The notes under the pieces were generated by a model. That model made no database searches. It saw only the letters and a list, made by a program, of their open reading frames with translations, and was not told the DNA's origin. Below are positions 20,020-30,700 of a stretch of DNA of 64,000 bases, one piece after another. The stretch is from positions 124,001 through 188,000 of IMG/VR virus record IMGVR_UViG_3300048121_001678. One strand, 5' to 3'. The translations under genes and the position numbers were made by a program. Position 1 is the stretch's first letter; the number at the start of each line of letters is the position of its first letter.

Positions 20020-20023
20020 CTTT

Positions 20024-20052
20024 ATTATAGTTGTAAAATTTAATTAAGTCAA
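20024..20052 (-). promoter_or_regulatory. Sigma70-like promoter TTGACT-N17-TATAAT
   Basis: Near-consensus, at the head of the replication cassette. Confidence 0.7.
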
Positions 20053-20062
20053 ATGATTAATT

Positions 20063-20680
20063 TTATTCTGTTGGTCCGTTGAATGATTTACGAATGTCGG
20101 AATCAGAATAATTCTCAACCTCATCAGAAGTTAAAATATATTCATTCTTACCCGTTTTTTCCATATCGTCTTCTTTATCTGCAAAGAAATCGGTTAACTT
20201 TTGATTATAAGGATAACTATCTAAACTTCTTAGTTGTAGTTTCTCCTCAGGTGATTTTTGACGATACTTCTCGACTTTAGTTTCAATATCATTAATCTTA
20301 GTGAAAATTTGGTCCATCTGAGAAAGTTTACCTTCTAAATCAGATAACTTCTCGAACATTGTATCCATATACTCGTCTTGTTTATCTGATATCTTGTTCT
20401 GTGTATTCACTAAATCAGTTATATCTAACTCTTCAGTGTCCCCACCCATGTCTTTATCAGACTCAACATTTCCTTCGTCGTCAATTTTTTCAACTTCAGG
20501 GTCAGTATCAACATCAACTGGTTCCGCAATTTCTTCAGCACCACCTTCGACATCCATATCTAACTCTAAATCATCACCAGCCTCATCAGCGGTGTCTGTG
20601 GGTTCTTCTTGTTCAATAAGGTAACGATTAATAGTATTGTGTCTATTAAGTTCCTCAAGTATTTTTTTATCTATTGACAT
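20063..20680 (-). CDS. Acidic coiled-coil hypothetical protein (possible head-internal/scaffold protein)
   Basis: Very D/E-rich middle, heptad region, N-terminal KKILEE...YLIEQ leader. Confidence 0.6.
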   Translation of the reverse strand: MSIDKKILEELNRHNTINRYLIEQEEPTDTADEAGDDLELDMDVEGGAEEIAEPVDVDTDPEVEKIDDEGNVESDKDMGGDTEELDITDLVNTQNKISDKQDEYMDTMFEKLSDLEGKLSQMDQIFTKINDIETKVEKYRQKSPEEKLQLRSLDSYPYNQKLTDFFADKEDDMEKTGKNEYILTSDEVENYSDSDIRKSFNGPTE

Positions 20681-20691
20681 AATTTTTTATT

Positions 20692-20916
20692 TTAACCATT
20701 AAGTAATGTCTTAACACCATGAGGTGTTTCAACCTTTAAGGTTCTATTAACTTGTCTAGTATTATCAACTCGCTCAATAAGTCCGTCTCTCATACTAACT
20801 GTATAACAATCACCTGTATCTAAGTCACAAACCTCTTTGTAACCATTTCCGGCATCTCTTTCAGTAATTCTAGTGTCTTTTGACAAATACTGGTCTAATA
20901 ATGATTTAACATTCAT
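20692..20916 (-). CDS. Small hypothetical protein (74 aa, MNVKSLLDQYL..., CDLDTGDC)
   Basis: Start moved to ATG 20916 because TATTTATA lies at 20932-20939 and the longer track ORF overlaps the upstream gene. Confidence 0.65.
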   Translation of the reverse strand: MNVKSLLDQYLSKDTRITERDAGNGYKEVCDLDTGDCYTVSMRDGLIERVDNTRQVNRTLKVETPHGVKTLLNG

Positions 20917-20959
20917 AATATTACTTTTATATATAAATATACGTTTATTATCGTTTTTC

Positions 20960-23900
20960 TTACAATCCGTTATTTTTAGACCATCTAAAGGCCTGTTTAA
21001 ATATTGGGATTGAATTATCATACGTCTTTTTTATTAATTTTTCATCGTCAGTGGTAGGGTTATTTAATATATCATTAAGTTCATTATCGGTATTAATTCT
21101 TCTAAACCAATTTCTAATATATACCTTAGAATACGCAACAGCATAATTATCTTCACTAAAGTCAGAACCTATATAGTCTGTCAGTTGAGTACGTACTGAG
21201 TTACTATTATATCTAACCAATAATGGGTCAAAAGACCCGTTAGGGTCACTGAATGAAAAGTAACTTCTAGCCCTACCGTCAGATGTTGATGACACACAAA
21301 ATTGTCCACTAACTTTATCATTATCTAAACCTGACCACCGACCACTATCAGTAGTTAACCCAACGTAGTTATTATTAATTCCTTTAACATAACCATTTTT
21401 ATAACCTTGTTCTCTCCAAACAGTACCAATTGTTAATCTTTTAACATCAAAATTAGTAGTTTTAGTATTAACATACGTTATAATATCATTATAAGAATAC
21501 TGTGTGTTTTGTTTAGTTATAAAATCTAAACCTTGGTAAGCACTTACTGGCGAACAATTACTTGAACCCACACTTGAACCATTAGTTGAGTTAGTACTAA
21601 CACCATTAGAGTTTGAAGACCCATTCTGTAATGTTGGTGTGGTAGAAGGTGTTTCACTTGTTGGTTTTGCTTCTTTAGGTTTTTTATATGATTTATTAAT
21701 TCTCTTTAGTAAATCAATATTAACACTCATTGTTAGTTCGGTAATACTCGGGAATGAATATTTAGAAATTCTAACACCACTAAATGTAGTGATAAAATTA
21801 CCAGGACTAATACTGTGAGACACATCTGTAATCCAATACGGACCTGTGAACATTGGTACGTATCTTAGGTTAAAATACATTGTCGGCTGTATCATCATAT
21901 TACCCATTGACATAATCTGACAATTATAACTTCTATTTTTATAGATATTATATAATGAAGTTGATTGTTGAGATGTTTTCGAACCTTTACTCTGATTCGC
22001 CATGTCTGTTAATATACGGAACGATTCTGAGGTATCTTTAAATTGTGATTGGTCTAAACTTACGGATTTAAATATCCCTTGATTTCTCACACCAAAGTCA
22101 ACATTGAAACCAACCACTTTATTTGAGAAAGCATAATCTGTTTTATTTGTTTGATTTTCCCTAAGAACCTGTGCCTTGTACATATCAAAGCTATCATCAC
22201 CAAACCTATAATCTATATTTTCTGTTTGTTTTAAATGTTTCGACACTTTATCTGTGTATAAACATAAAAACCGAGGTCTACTTTTATTATCGTCAACCTC
22301 TAAGAACGTACCAAATACGTCGGACGCTGAGTTTTCAAAACCTTCTTCAGGTTTCGCGTTTTTAGATGGTTCATTAACACCATAAAAATTCGTATAGGAT
22401 GGTAATGCCATAAATAATAGGTTATTACCCTTAAATAAATGACCTATCAATGTGTAAATAGAATTAGAACCTGACTTATCATTAATAAATCCTGTTAGTG
22501 TACTAACATCCACAATAAGCTTATCACCAATATCTCTGTTCGCCCTATCTAAAAATAAAAATTCCTCAAATAATGTTCTATTTTGAAAGTCACCCCCTGC
22601 AATCCATTTATCATTTAATGTTTTAAAGAATTCATACAACTCTAACTTAGCCACCTCTCCCGACATAGACGTTTTAATCTGTTCAGTCTCTTCAGTAATT
22701 TTAGGTAAGTCTTTATTTAGTTTGGTAAATAAATTGTTTTGTACCTTCTTTTGTGAATTATCCATCAATGTCAAATATTGATTAAACAGCGACATAAACT
22801 TAGTACTTGTCATTGTTGGGTCTTGATATTTTTGAGTGGCGTAAATTTGTATGATTGGACCCAATTGTCTAACATTATTTTCACTAAATAGAATATCCAT
22901 TTCAACAAAGAAATCTGTAATTGTTGAACCACTATCACTATACTTCATTCTATCCTCATCATACACACCGACCACTAATCTTAGGGCGTTCCACGCATCG
23001 GGGTATTGTGATTCACTAATAGCTATTGTTGTTAAATTACTTGCAGTGGGTAGTGAGTCATTAATATAGTTACCAAAATTAATTTTTTGATTCTGAGTTT
23101 GATATTTTGTATCATCAGTGAATGAGTACCAAACACGTCTATTAAAATTAGAAGGATTACCCTGTTTAAAAATAAAAGTTTCTGATAATAAATTTTGAAC
23201 AGTATTTCTTAAACTAATCATTTGTTGATTGGCTATTATTTGTCCGTCTAAATCAGATTGACCTGTTAATGTTGGTCTATTAATAAAAAACAAACCATTT
23301 AAACTTGTCATTAAATTTGGTTTAAGAATATCTTCAGCGGGTATATTATCACGAACAGGGTCTTTACAGAACTCTAAAAATTCAGTCTCAAACATATCCA
23401 TAATACCCTCATTAAACACCGCCAGTATTTCATCAATTGATGAGTATTCAGATACCGACTCTAAACTAAATGCCGTTTGGTTGTTAGTTGTATTATCAAT
23501 TGTTTTTATATATTGTCTATATGTTGGTTTTTTAATTAAAGACGTATCAAAATACCCATAGTGTGAACCACCCCAAAGAGTTTTTATTGAACCATCATAT
23601 AACGATTGTCTTAACGGCTCCCCCTCATATATGCCAGGAATTTTACATATTTCAAACTCATACTGATTAAAATTACCACCACCCGCAGAAGGATAACATA
23701 GTAACTTTTCTGTATTATTAGTATTATCATAGGTTTTAGGTTTATCGTAAAAAGTGTAATATGAGGACACGCTATACGTAGTGTTTCCTGAAGACATATT
23801 AATAATGGAATCCGAATTACTCGCAATCTTTAAACCATTACCATCAAATTGTGTATTACCACTAAAATAATTATCAAAGTCTGACTGGGTCGTACCACTA

Positions 23901-26900
23901 ATAAACTCATCATAACCAAATAAATAATTAACATCATTAACCAATTTAGGATAAAATCCAACGTTAGATGTGTTAAAATTAAAGGTAAATAAAGGCGGTA
24001 TTGATATTAGTGATGGGTTCATACTGTATGTTGTATTACCACTTCCACCATAGTTTGGGAACGTATATGTCTTTGTCTTTGATGGTGTGGTACTAAAAGG
24101 GTCGTATAAGTCGTCTTCATTGACACTATTCCAAACACTATCTAATATATCCACGTTTTCATTAATGTATTTTTTATACCTATGCCATATTGAACCGTAT
24201 TTAACAACCCATGCGTACGGCATCTTGTGTAGTGCACCGAACTTATTATAAATTGCAAAATTATAATCATTAGACTTACCACCAGTACCATGATTCATCT
24301 TTTCTTTTAACGTCTGAAGTGGTAATGAATTTAAATACATATAACCCATCGTAACATATGGATTATCCACATTATTTTTTCTGTTTTCGACAGACTCACT
24401 AAGTGAGTTTATAAAATATGGACTGTTCAATAAAGAGGTTGTCTGATATCTAGACGTGAAACCTGAATAATTATTTCCGTAATCTATTTTTCCTTCCGTA
24501 GCAAAATAATCATTATTTGTGATTGTTTTATCAAACTTAGTCTTAATTGAAGAATAACCAGGTATACTTATAGTCGCGTCTGTATTGTTCACCCACGAAC
24601 GGTTCAAACTAGGGGTGTCAGCAAAATCACCAAATAACCTATTCTCATTAAATGATGTTATTGTCATTTTACTATTTGAAAAGTACATGGAATTAATTGT
24701 TGAATTAGCCCCATTAACACTTGTTACACCACCACCTTTAGATATGTTTTTTCTTAACCAAGTTAGGTCTGTTAGAGGATAAACATCCGTAAAACTTATA
24801 GCATCAGTGTCTGATGACGACTTTAAAAAGTCGTTCATTTTTTGTTGACTCTCATCTGAAACGTCAATCACAGGTGAGTTTGACTCATAAGTTAATAAAT
24901 CATATAAACCATAATATTTTTCATTATATTCCCTAATATATGGTGTTACGAAAACATCGGCCAAATAAGTATTCCATAACTCACCAGTACCATTATTAGA
25001 AATATGAGATAGAACATTTTCAAAGTTTGACGAGTTTATTCCAAGTTTCTTAAGTTTCATCTTAAGATATGGGTCACTTTTAATTGAGTTTTTTATTGTT
25101 AACGTTTCGAAATCTGCGACCACCTGAAATAAATTCTGTGACGAGTTTTTTTCTCTATATATTTTACTGTAGTTTGATGATAGTAACGTCCTTTCCCATA
25201 ATTCATATAAGAAATTCACTTCACTTAAGTTGATATAAGGTGGGTTGTCATAAGGGAACTCCGTAGCATTTACGGGTATGGTTTTAATTTCTTTTTTTTC
25301 ATTTGTGAAATTAGCACTTCTTTGTTCCTCTTTTCTTTGTAGTTTACCTTTTATAAATTCTTCAATGAATTCTACTTCAGGCCACTTATCATACAAATAC
25401 GCCTTAGTTCTAGACTCAACTTTTGGGTCACCAACATATTTTACGACATATTTCTCATTACCGTCTTCGTCAGATTCTGTTTCGAAATATTGTGGCCATG
25501 GGTATATAATTTTTTCACCATCGTTAGTTGATAGAACACTATCCTTTGAATCAACACCATTAGCTGTTGACTCACTAATAATGACATTTTGTCTAATTGG
25601 GTCCGCTTTAACGTTCCACGCATCTCTATGTACCTCATCCATTAACCTATAAAACGCATCAACATTTGCCATCAACATACCCATAACATTTCTAATTGTC
25701 GGCTTAAACCCTAACCCTCCATCAGGACTTTCAATTTTTTGAGCCAATGCGGTAGATAACTCTTTCTGTATAGACTCGGCCTTATCGGTATATATTCTTT
25801 CAATCTTATCTAACTTATTTAAAAATGAACCAGGTAACGTCTTTTGAGAACCACTTACCTGACCAAAACCATAAAATTTAGAACTCAATTCTTCATCTAC
25901 CGTTAAGTCTTTGTTGTAATATTTGTCTTTAATTTCAAAATAACTAAGTGTCTCCGCAGAAAATTTAGTCAATTCAATTTCTGTGGGTGTCGCCTTTTTT
26001 TGTAACTCATAAGTCTTTTCAAGATTTAAATCATCATATTCTAAATCAAACATAAGGTCACTACTAGAAATAGTTACAGGTATGTTTGAAGATTGTTCTT
26101 TACCTAAAATACTATAAGTACCTTCGTCACCAAAAGTACCATTAGTCGTCAACTTATTATTATACTCATTAATTTTGGCGTCTAATAATGCTTGAGCAGA
26201 CTCTTGACCTTGTAACCCGTCAGCCCCCTTTTTTAGCCCATAATATAAATTACCTTCATTATCAACAAAAGTTTTACCTACATCTAAATTTTCAAAAGGC
26301 CATCTTTTAGACCTAAAAAGAGTAATATACTCTCTATATTGATTTAAAGTTTTTCTATATAATTCAATATCATTTAATACCGATAAATCCTCCTTACTAA
26401 ATTGTTGTCTTACATACTCTTCTAAACCATTTAGTCTCGAAGCAAGTGCAGATAGATTTAACCTTGGTATTGAGGGGTCTATTAGTCCCTTAGAGATATA
26501 TGTAGAATACACATCATTAATAACCTTACTACCTCTGGTTACTGTAACAGGTGTTGTTTGAACATCATTATTACCCGCAGCCATTTCTATTAGTCCTTGA
26601 ACATTTAACTGACTTTCTAATGAACTTAAATCTCCATTATAATCAGAAGGGTCTTCATTACTATCAATTAATAAATTCGTTTCATACATATGAGGTAACG
26701 CAAATAGTGCACCTAAAGATAAATCTGAAAGTATTGCGGCAGTACGACCAATAAATGAAACTGAAACTTTATAATTACCATCTGTAGGGTCAAATCGAGC
26801 GTTAAAACTTTTCATCATTAACTCATATTTGACAGCTTTACCGTAGTATCCTTTAACCGTTAGAAAGAATAATGGGTATGGTAATTGTAAAAATGCGGAA

Positions 26901-27439
26901 TATGGTGATTTTTCACCTAACTCAAATAATGTTCTTCCTTGGACATCCACCATTTCAATATCTACCTGTGGTATGTATGAACTATTATTTTTAATATTGA
27001 TACTTGTAATACCTAAAAGTTGAGTATCTTTAGAGTTGTTAACAACAGTACCCTCTTCAGTTATTTGTGTTTGATTAATTCCTTTACCATTCAACGAATC
27101 TTGTCCCGTTAATTGGTCAGTATATGAAGTATCTAAATAACTCTTACCTTGTGGTTTTAGAAAATTAATTTTACCGTCTTCATTACCACCAAAATTAGCA
27201 ATCTTAAGATTTTTAGACATTTGGTCAGTATTTTCACCTAACGCTAATTTTGTTCTTGGAATCATTCTAGCTTCTAAGTTAGCGTACATAACCAAATTTT
27301 CGTGGTCAACCAACCTTTCAATTTGTTTACCATCTGAATCAACAACCTTATTTGGGTCGACTAACACGATATTATCAAACTGGTCAAAGGCAATCTTCTC
27401 ACCTCCATAGAAACTTCTGAAATTTTTATTAACGGCCAT
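20960..27439 (-). CDS. Giant baseplate hub-like protein with a putative C-terminal lysozyme-fold/GH73-like domain
   Basis: Hub-like N-terminus (GITSINIK...VDIEMVDVQGRTL); MGNMMIQPTMYFNL...FTGPYWITDVSHSISPGNFITTFSGVR resembles the gp27/gpD end; S/T/N linker, then WREQG...NNNYVG. Confidence 0.65.
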   Translation of the reverse strand: MAVNKNFRSFYGGEKIAFDQFDNIVLVDPNKVVDSDGKQIERLVDHENLVMYANLEARMIPRTKLALGENTDQMSKNLKIANFGGNEDGKINFLKPQGKSYLDTSYTDQLTGQDSLNGKGINQTQITEEGTVVNNSKDTQLLGITSINIKNNSSYIPQVDIEMVDVQGRTLFELGEKSPYSAFLQLPYPLFFLTVKGYYGKAVKYELMMKSFNARFDPTDGNYKVSVSFIGRTAAILSDLSLGALFALPHMYETNLLIDSNEDPSDYNGDLSSLESQLNVQGLIEMAAGNNDVQTTPVTVTRGSKVINDVYSTYISKGLIDPSIPRLNLSALASRLNGLEEYVRQQFSKEDLSVLNDIELYRKTLNQYREYITLFRSKRWPFENLDVGKTFVDNEGNLYYGLKKGADGLQGQESAQALLDAKINEYNNKLTTNGTFGDEGTYSILGKEQSSNIPVTISSSDLMFDLEYDDLNLEKTYELQKKATPTEIELTKFSAETLSYFEIKDKYYNKDLTVDEELSSKFYGFGQVSGSQKTLPGSFLNKLDKIERIYTDKAESIQKELSTALAQKIESPDGGLGFKPTIRNVMGMLMANVDAFYRLMDEVHRDAWNVKADPIRQNVIISESTANGVDSKDSVLSTNDGEKIIYPWPQYFETESDEDGNEKYVVKYVGDPKVESRTKAYLYDKWPEVEFIEEFIKGKLQRKEEQRSANFTNEKKEIKTIPVNATEFPYDNPPYINLSEVNFLYELWERTLLSSNYSKIYREKNSSQNLFQVVADFETLTIKNSIKSDPYLKMKLKKLGINSSNFENVLSHISNNGTGELWNTYLADVFVTPYIREYNEKYYGLYDLLTYESNSPVIDVSDESQQKMNDFLKSSSDTDAISFTDVYPLTDLTWLRKNISKGGGVTSVNGANSTINSMYFSNSKMTITSFNENRLFGDFADTPSLNRSWVNNTDATISIPGYSSIKTKFDKTITNNDYFATEGKIDYGNNYSGFTSRYQTTSLLNSPYFINSLSESVENRKNNVDNPYVTMGYMYLNSLPLQTLKEKMNHGTGGKSNDYNFAIYNKFGALHKMPYAWVVKYGSIWHRYKKYINENVDILDSVWNSVNEDDLYDPFSTTPSKTKTYTFPNYGGSGNTTYSMNPSLISIPPLFTFNFNTSNVGFYPKLVNDVNYLFGYDEFISGTTQSDFDNYFSGNTQFDGNGLKIASNSDSIINMSSGNTTYSVSSYYTFYDKPKTYDNTNNTEKLLCYPSAGGGNFNQYEFEICKIPGIYEGEPLRQSLYDGSIKTLWGGSHYGYFDTSLIKKPTYRQYIKTIDNTTNNQTAFSLESVSEYSSIDEILAVFNEGIMDMFETEFLEFCKDPVRDNIPAEDILKPNLMTSLNGLFFINRPTLTGQSDLDGQIIANQQMISLRNTVQNLLSETFIFKQGNPSNFNRRVWYSFTDDTKYQTQNQKINFGNYINDSLPTASNLTTIAISESQYPDAWNALRLVVGVYDEDRMKYSDSGSTITDFFVEMDILFSENNVRQLGPIIQIYATQKYQDPTMTSTKFMSLFNQYLTLMDNSQKKVQNNLFTKLNKDLPKITEETEQIKTSMSGEVAKLELYEFFKTLNDKWIAGGDFQNRTLFEEFLFLDRANRDIGDKLIVDVSTLTGFINDKSGSNSIYTLIGHLFKGNNLLFMALPSYTNFYGVNEPSKNAKPEEGFENSASDVFGTFLEVDDNKSRPRFLCLYTDKVSKHLKQTENIDYRFGDDSFDMYKAQVLRENQTNKTDYAFSNKVVGFNVDFGVRNQGIFKSVSLDQSQFKDTSESFRILTDMANQSKGSKTSQQSTSLYNIYKNRSYNCQIMSMGNMMIQPTMYFNLRYVPMFTGPYWITDVSHSISPGNFITTFSGVRISKYSFPSITELTMSVNIDLLKRINKSYKKPKEAKPTSETPSTTPTLQNGSSNSNGVSTNSTNGSSVGSSNCSPVSAYQGLDFITKQNTQYSYNDIITYVNTKTTNFDVKRLTIGTVWREQGYKNGYVKGINNNYVGLTTDSGRWSGLDNDKVSGQFCVSSTSDGRARSYFSFSDPNGSFDPLLVRYNSNSVRTQLTDYIGSDFSEDNYAVAYSKVYIRNWFRRINTDNELNDILNNPTTDDEKLIKKTYDNSIPIFKQAFRWSKNNGL

Positions 27440-27746
27440 AGTAATAGAAATGTGTGTCTAAAGCATTTTTATAATCCTGTAAAGATTGTACCAATGGAAA
27501 TGGAACAATCAAAACAGACCCATCAGGTATGTCTTTTTCTAAACTACCATATTGAGGATTAGCCATTTGTATTAACCAACCAAAATAAGGTGTTTGGTAA
27601 AATTCAAAACTAATTTTATCTAATCTACTCACATCTGCTTTATAAACATACCTCTTATCTGTAGTTTTTGAAGGCAAAACTATATTTGGGACCACAGTTT
27701 GTTGCCCATTTAATAAAAACTTTTGATATCTATCGTAGTATCTCAT
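27429..27746 (-). CDS. Baseplate wedge gp53-like / LysM-like (tail X) protein
   Basis: SRLDKISFEFYQTPYFGWLIQMANP...IPDGSVLIVP. Confidence 0.8.
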   Translation of the reverse strand: MRYYDRYQKFLLNGQQTVVPNIVLPSKTTDKRYVYKADVSRLDKISFEFYQTPYFGWLIQMANPQYGSLEKDIPDGSVLIVPFPLVQSLQDYKNALDTHFYYYGR

Positions 27747-30700
27747 TATTGTAGTTTTACTTTATTATTCCATTTTGTTGGGTCACCTTCATTACCACCT
27801 GTGTATAATATATCAATTAAATCTTTATCTAAAGCTGATGGTGATGGATTATTAGTGAATGTAAATTCTCTTATTTTACCCTTAGTATATGGTATGTCAT
27901 TAAATTCACTTTTTAATTTAGTCTCATTTTCGTAAGCTTCAAATAATTTTTTAATTTGTGTTTCACCCTTTTTAAAATCCGATAAAAGATTGTTTATGTT
28001 ATCTGTAATTGATTTCACCCATATCTCAGTGTTTTTAAACTTGTTCTCTTTAACAAATTTTGTTAACTCATCAATTAAGTCATTACTATTATCTAACATA
28101 TATCGATAAAAAGTTAAGTAAAATCTTTTAAATTCTGCGTCTGAAAAATCTGAAACCATTATTGTCATACTCAAATCTTTTTGGTAAGTAGTGTTTGTGT
28201 TTTCAAGTGACAAAATTTCAAATCCATTATTATTAACATTATAAACTTTAGTTTTAGTAATAGTATCTAACTCATTTAATTTATCTTGTATTATAACTAA
28301 GTCCCCATTTAATTCATCTAAGGTGTTAGCGTAGTTTGAACTATAAACCTCAGTAGTTGCTGTTAAATCATACACCACGGTATTACCACCTTGAATAAAA
28401 CCATCAATTTCTTCATTAATAACATTCATCTTATCAATGACTCTCGTTAAATCGGTTTCATATTTTGTTAATGTCTGAAGGTTTGTAACCATTTCAGATT
28501 CAAAATTATTAATTCTTGAATTAATTATTTGTTTTAGTTTATTGTTATATTTTCTAACATCTTTTCTTTTAAAATCATTACCCTCACTAAAAGTTTGTGT
28601 TTTATTAGCAAACTGCAATGGATGTTTATCATTATCAACATCAATTAATGATTGTTCAAATTGGTAACTTACTTTTTCTGTAATCTTTTCTGACTTACCA
28701 AACAATTTAGTATTACCATTTGCAACATACGCCACCGAAGCAATATTACCTTCAATTAAATTTCTATCTTTAGTGAATAATCTTAAACCGATTTCCCCAT
28801 AGTTTTCAGCAACACTTTGTAGTGATGGACCTATCGAGTCCCTATATGTTTCATACTTAACTATTAAATCATCCATTATTGTTTTATAGTTGATTACCCC
28901 ACTAATTGATGTCCCACTATTGGATATCTCTTTACTCGTAATTTCACCAATCGTACTACCACCATCTTTAGTATCTAAATTACTAATATCATCAATACTA
29001 AATGGTACCTCAGGTCCTAACGCCTCAATAGTTTCTAAATCAATCTTAGTTGTGTCTTCTGTTGCCACTGCCCTTTCATCATACATTTCAGTATTAGCGT
29101 AATAGTTAAACGACAACGCATTTTGTAATCGTGCTACAGGACCCTTTAATCCATGTCCACCAATAAAGTAGAATGATAAAGTAACATCCGCAATCATTGG
29201 TTGAACACCAATACCTTCAGGGTTTATATCTAACGTCAAAGGCTCATACCTTATACTCATCTGATTTATGGCAATTTTAGTATGAAAGAAATCCCCAACC
29301 CTTAAAATACATATTGGTGGTGAACCAAATGAAGTATTTAACGCATTGTTTTCTAAAGGTTGACCATCAGGACCAATAGTCGGTATAGTCTCACCCGGTC
29401 TCATACATTGTTGTAAGAACGTTAATCTACTGTTTAACCCTTCAGGTGTCATTGAATGGAATGTAGGATTAAAATATTTAATCTTTTCTTTTATTCCTTG
29501 ATATAAAAAAGATGTGTCCTCAGCAACACTTTCAAAATAATCACATTCTGATAATAACTTTCTTAACACCTTTTTAGTTATTCCCTCTCTTAATGAAACC
29601 TCACTCGTTGTTCTTGGTGCCCCTTTTCCTTTTTCAATCACAGCAACCTTATCATCACCAACACTAACACTTGTAGTTTCTTCCTCAACGGGTGGTGTTT
29701 CCTCTACAGGTGGTGAAATAATATTAATTGATTTTATTGTCGTTCTACGACATTTCATAGCTTGTGTTGAATATATTTTAGCTACTTTATTAGTTATTTC
29801 CTGAGAACAATCTGTACCACCAATAGTTATCGATTCACCACTAAATGCACTCTGAATACCAATATATCCTTTTTCGTTAACTTTTTTAATTCTAGGGTCA
29901 TTTAAAATTTGTTTTTTAACTGAATCTACCCTTCTTTTAGATAGGTTAACATTATAACTTTTATCGTTAGGTGAAGATGCAGAACCCGTTAATAAAATAT
30001 TAACACCAAATTTATTGGTCGCCGCGTCAACTAACTTATCAATTAAACTATCAAGTTCATTCTTACCTTTCTCAATGTTATTTTCAAAAAATGTTTCAAC
30101 CTGTTGTTCTTCATTAATTGTTTTGGCTTTTGTTAAATAATCACTTTTTTTCGCAATATAATTATTATAAGTTACATCATAATTAACTGATGAGGTTGTC
30201 CCTCTAGACCTTGAATCTGGCTTATCATTATCAAAATATAAATTTACACCTTCAAATTGATTGAAATTTGGTTTTTGTATCGTTTCTGTTTCGACATTAT
30301 CAGGTTCAGGGTTTTGTTTAGGTATTTCCTTAACAACTTCTCTAAAAACATCAGGATTATTAGTTTTACTAACAACCTCATAGATGTCGTTAAAACTTAA
30401 CTGACCATACTTTCGAGCCAATTCATAGATATCTAAAGTTTTACACCCAGAAAAGAAACTATCAACAATCTTAGTAACCTCAGAGTCGGGTGTCACATTC
30501 GCTAATTCCTTATCAACTAACGTATTTAATACCGATGGATGGTCAACTATTATTTTAAAACTTAATGAACCCTGTCTTTGGGTATTTGAGTATGTATATA
30601 TCGGTTCAGGTCTACCTAAAAAATCATTAGTTGTCCAACTTGCAGACACGTTCTCATCAACTCTTAAATCATAAGGGGGGAACCACATTACACGTCCACC

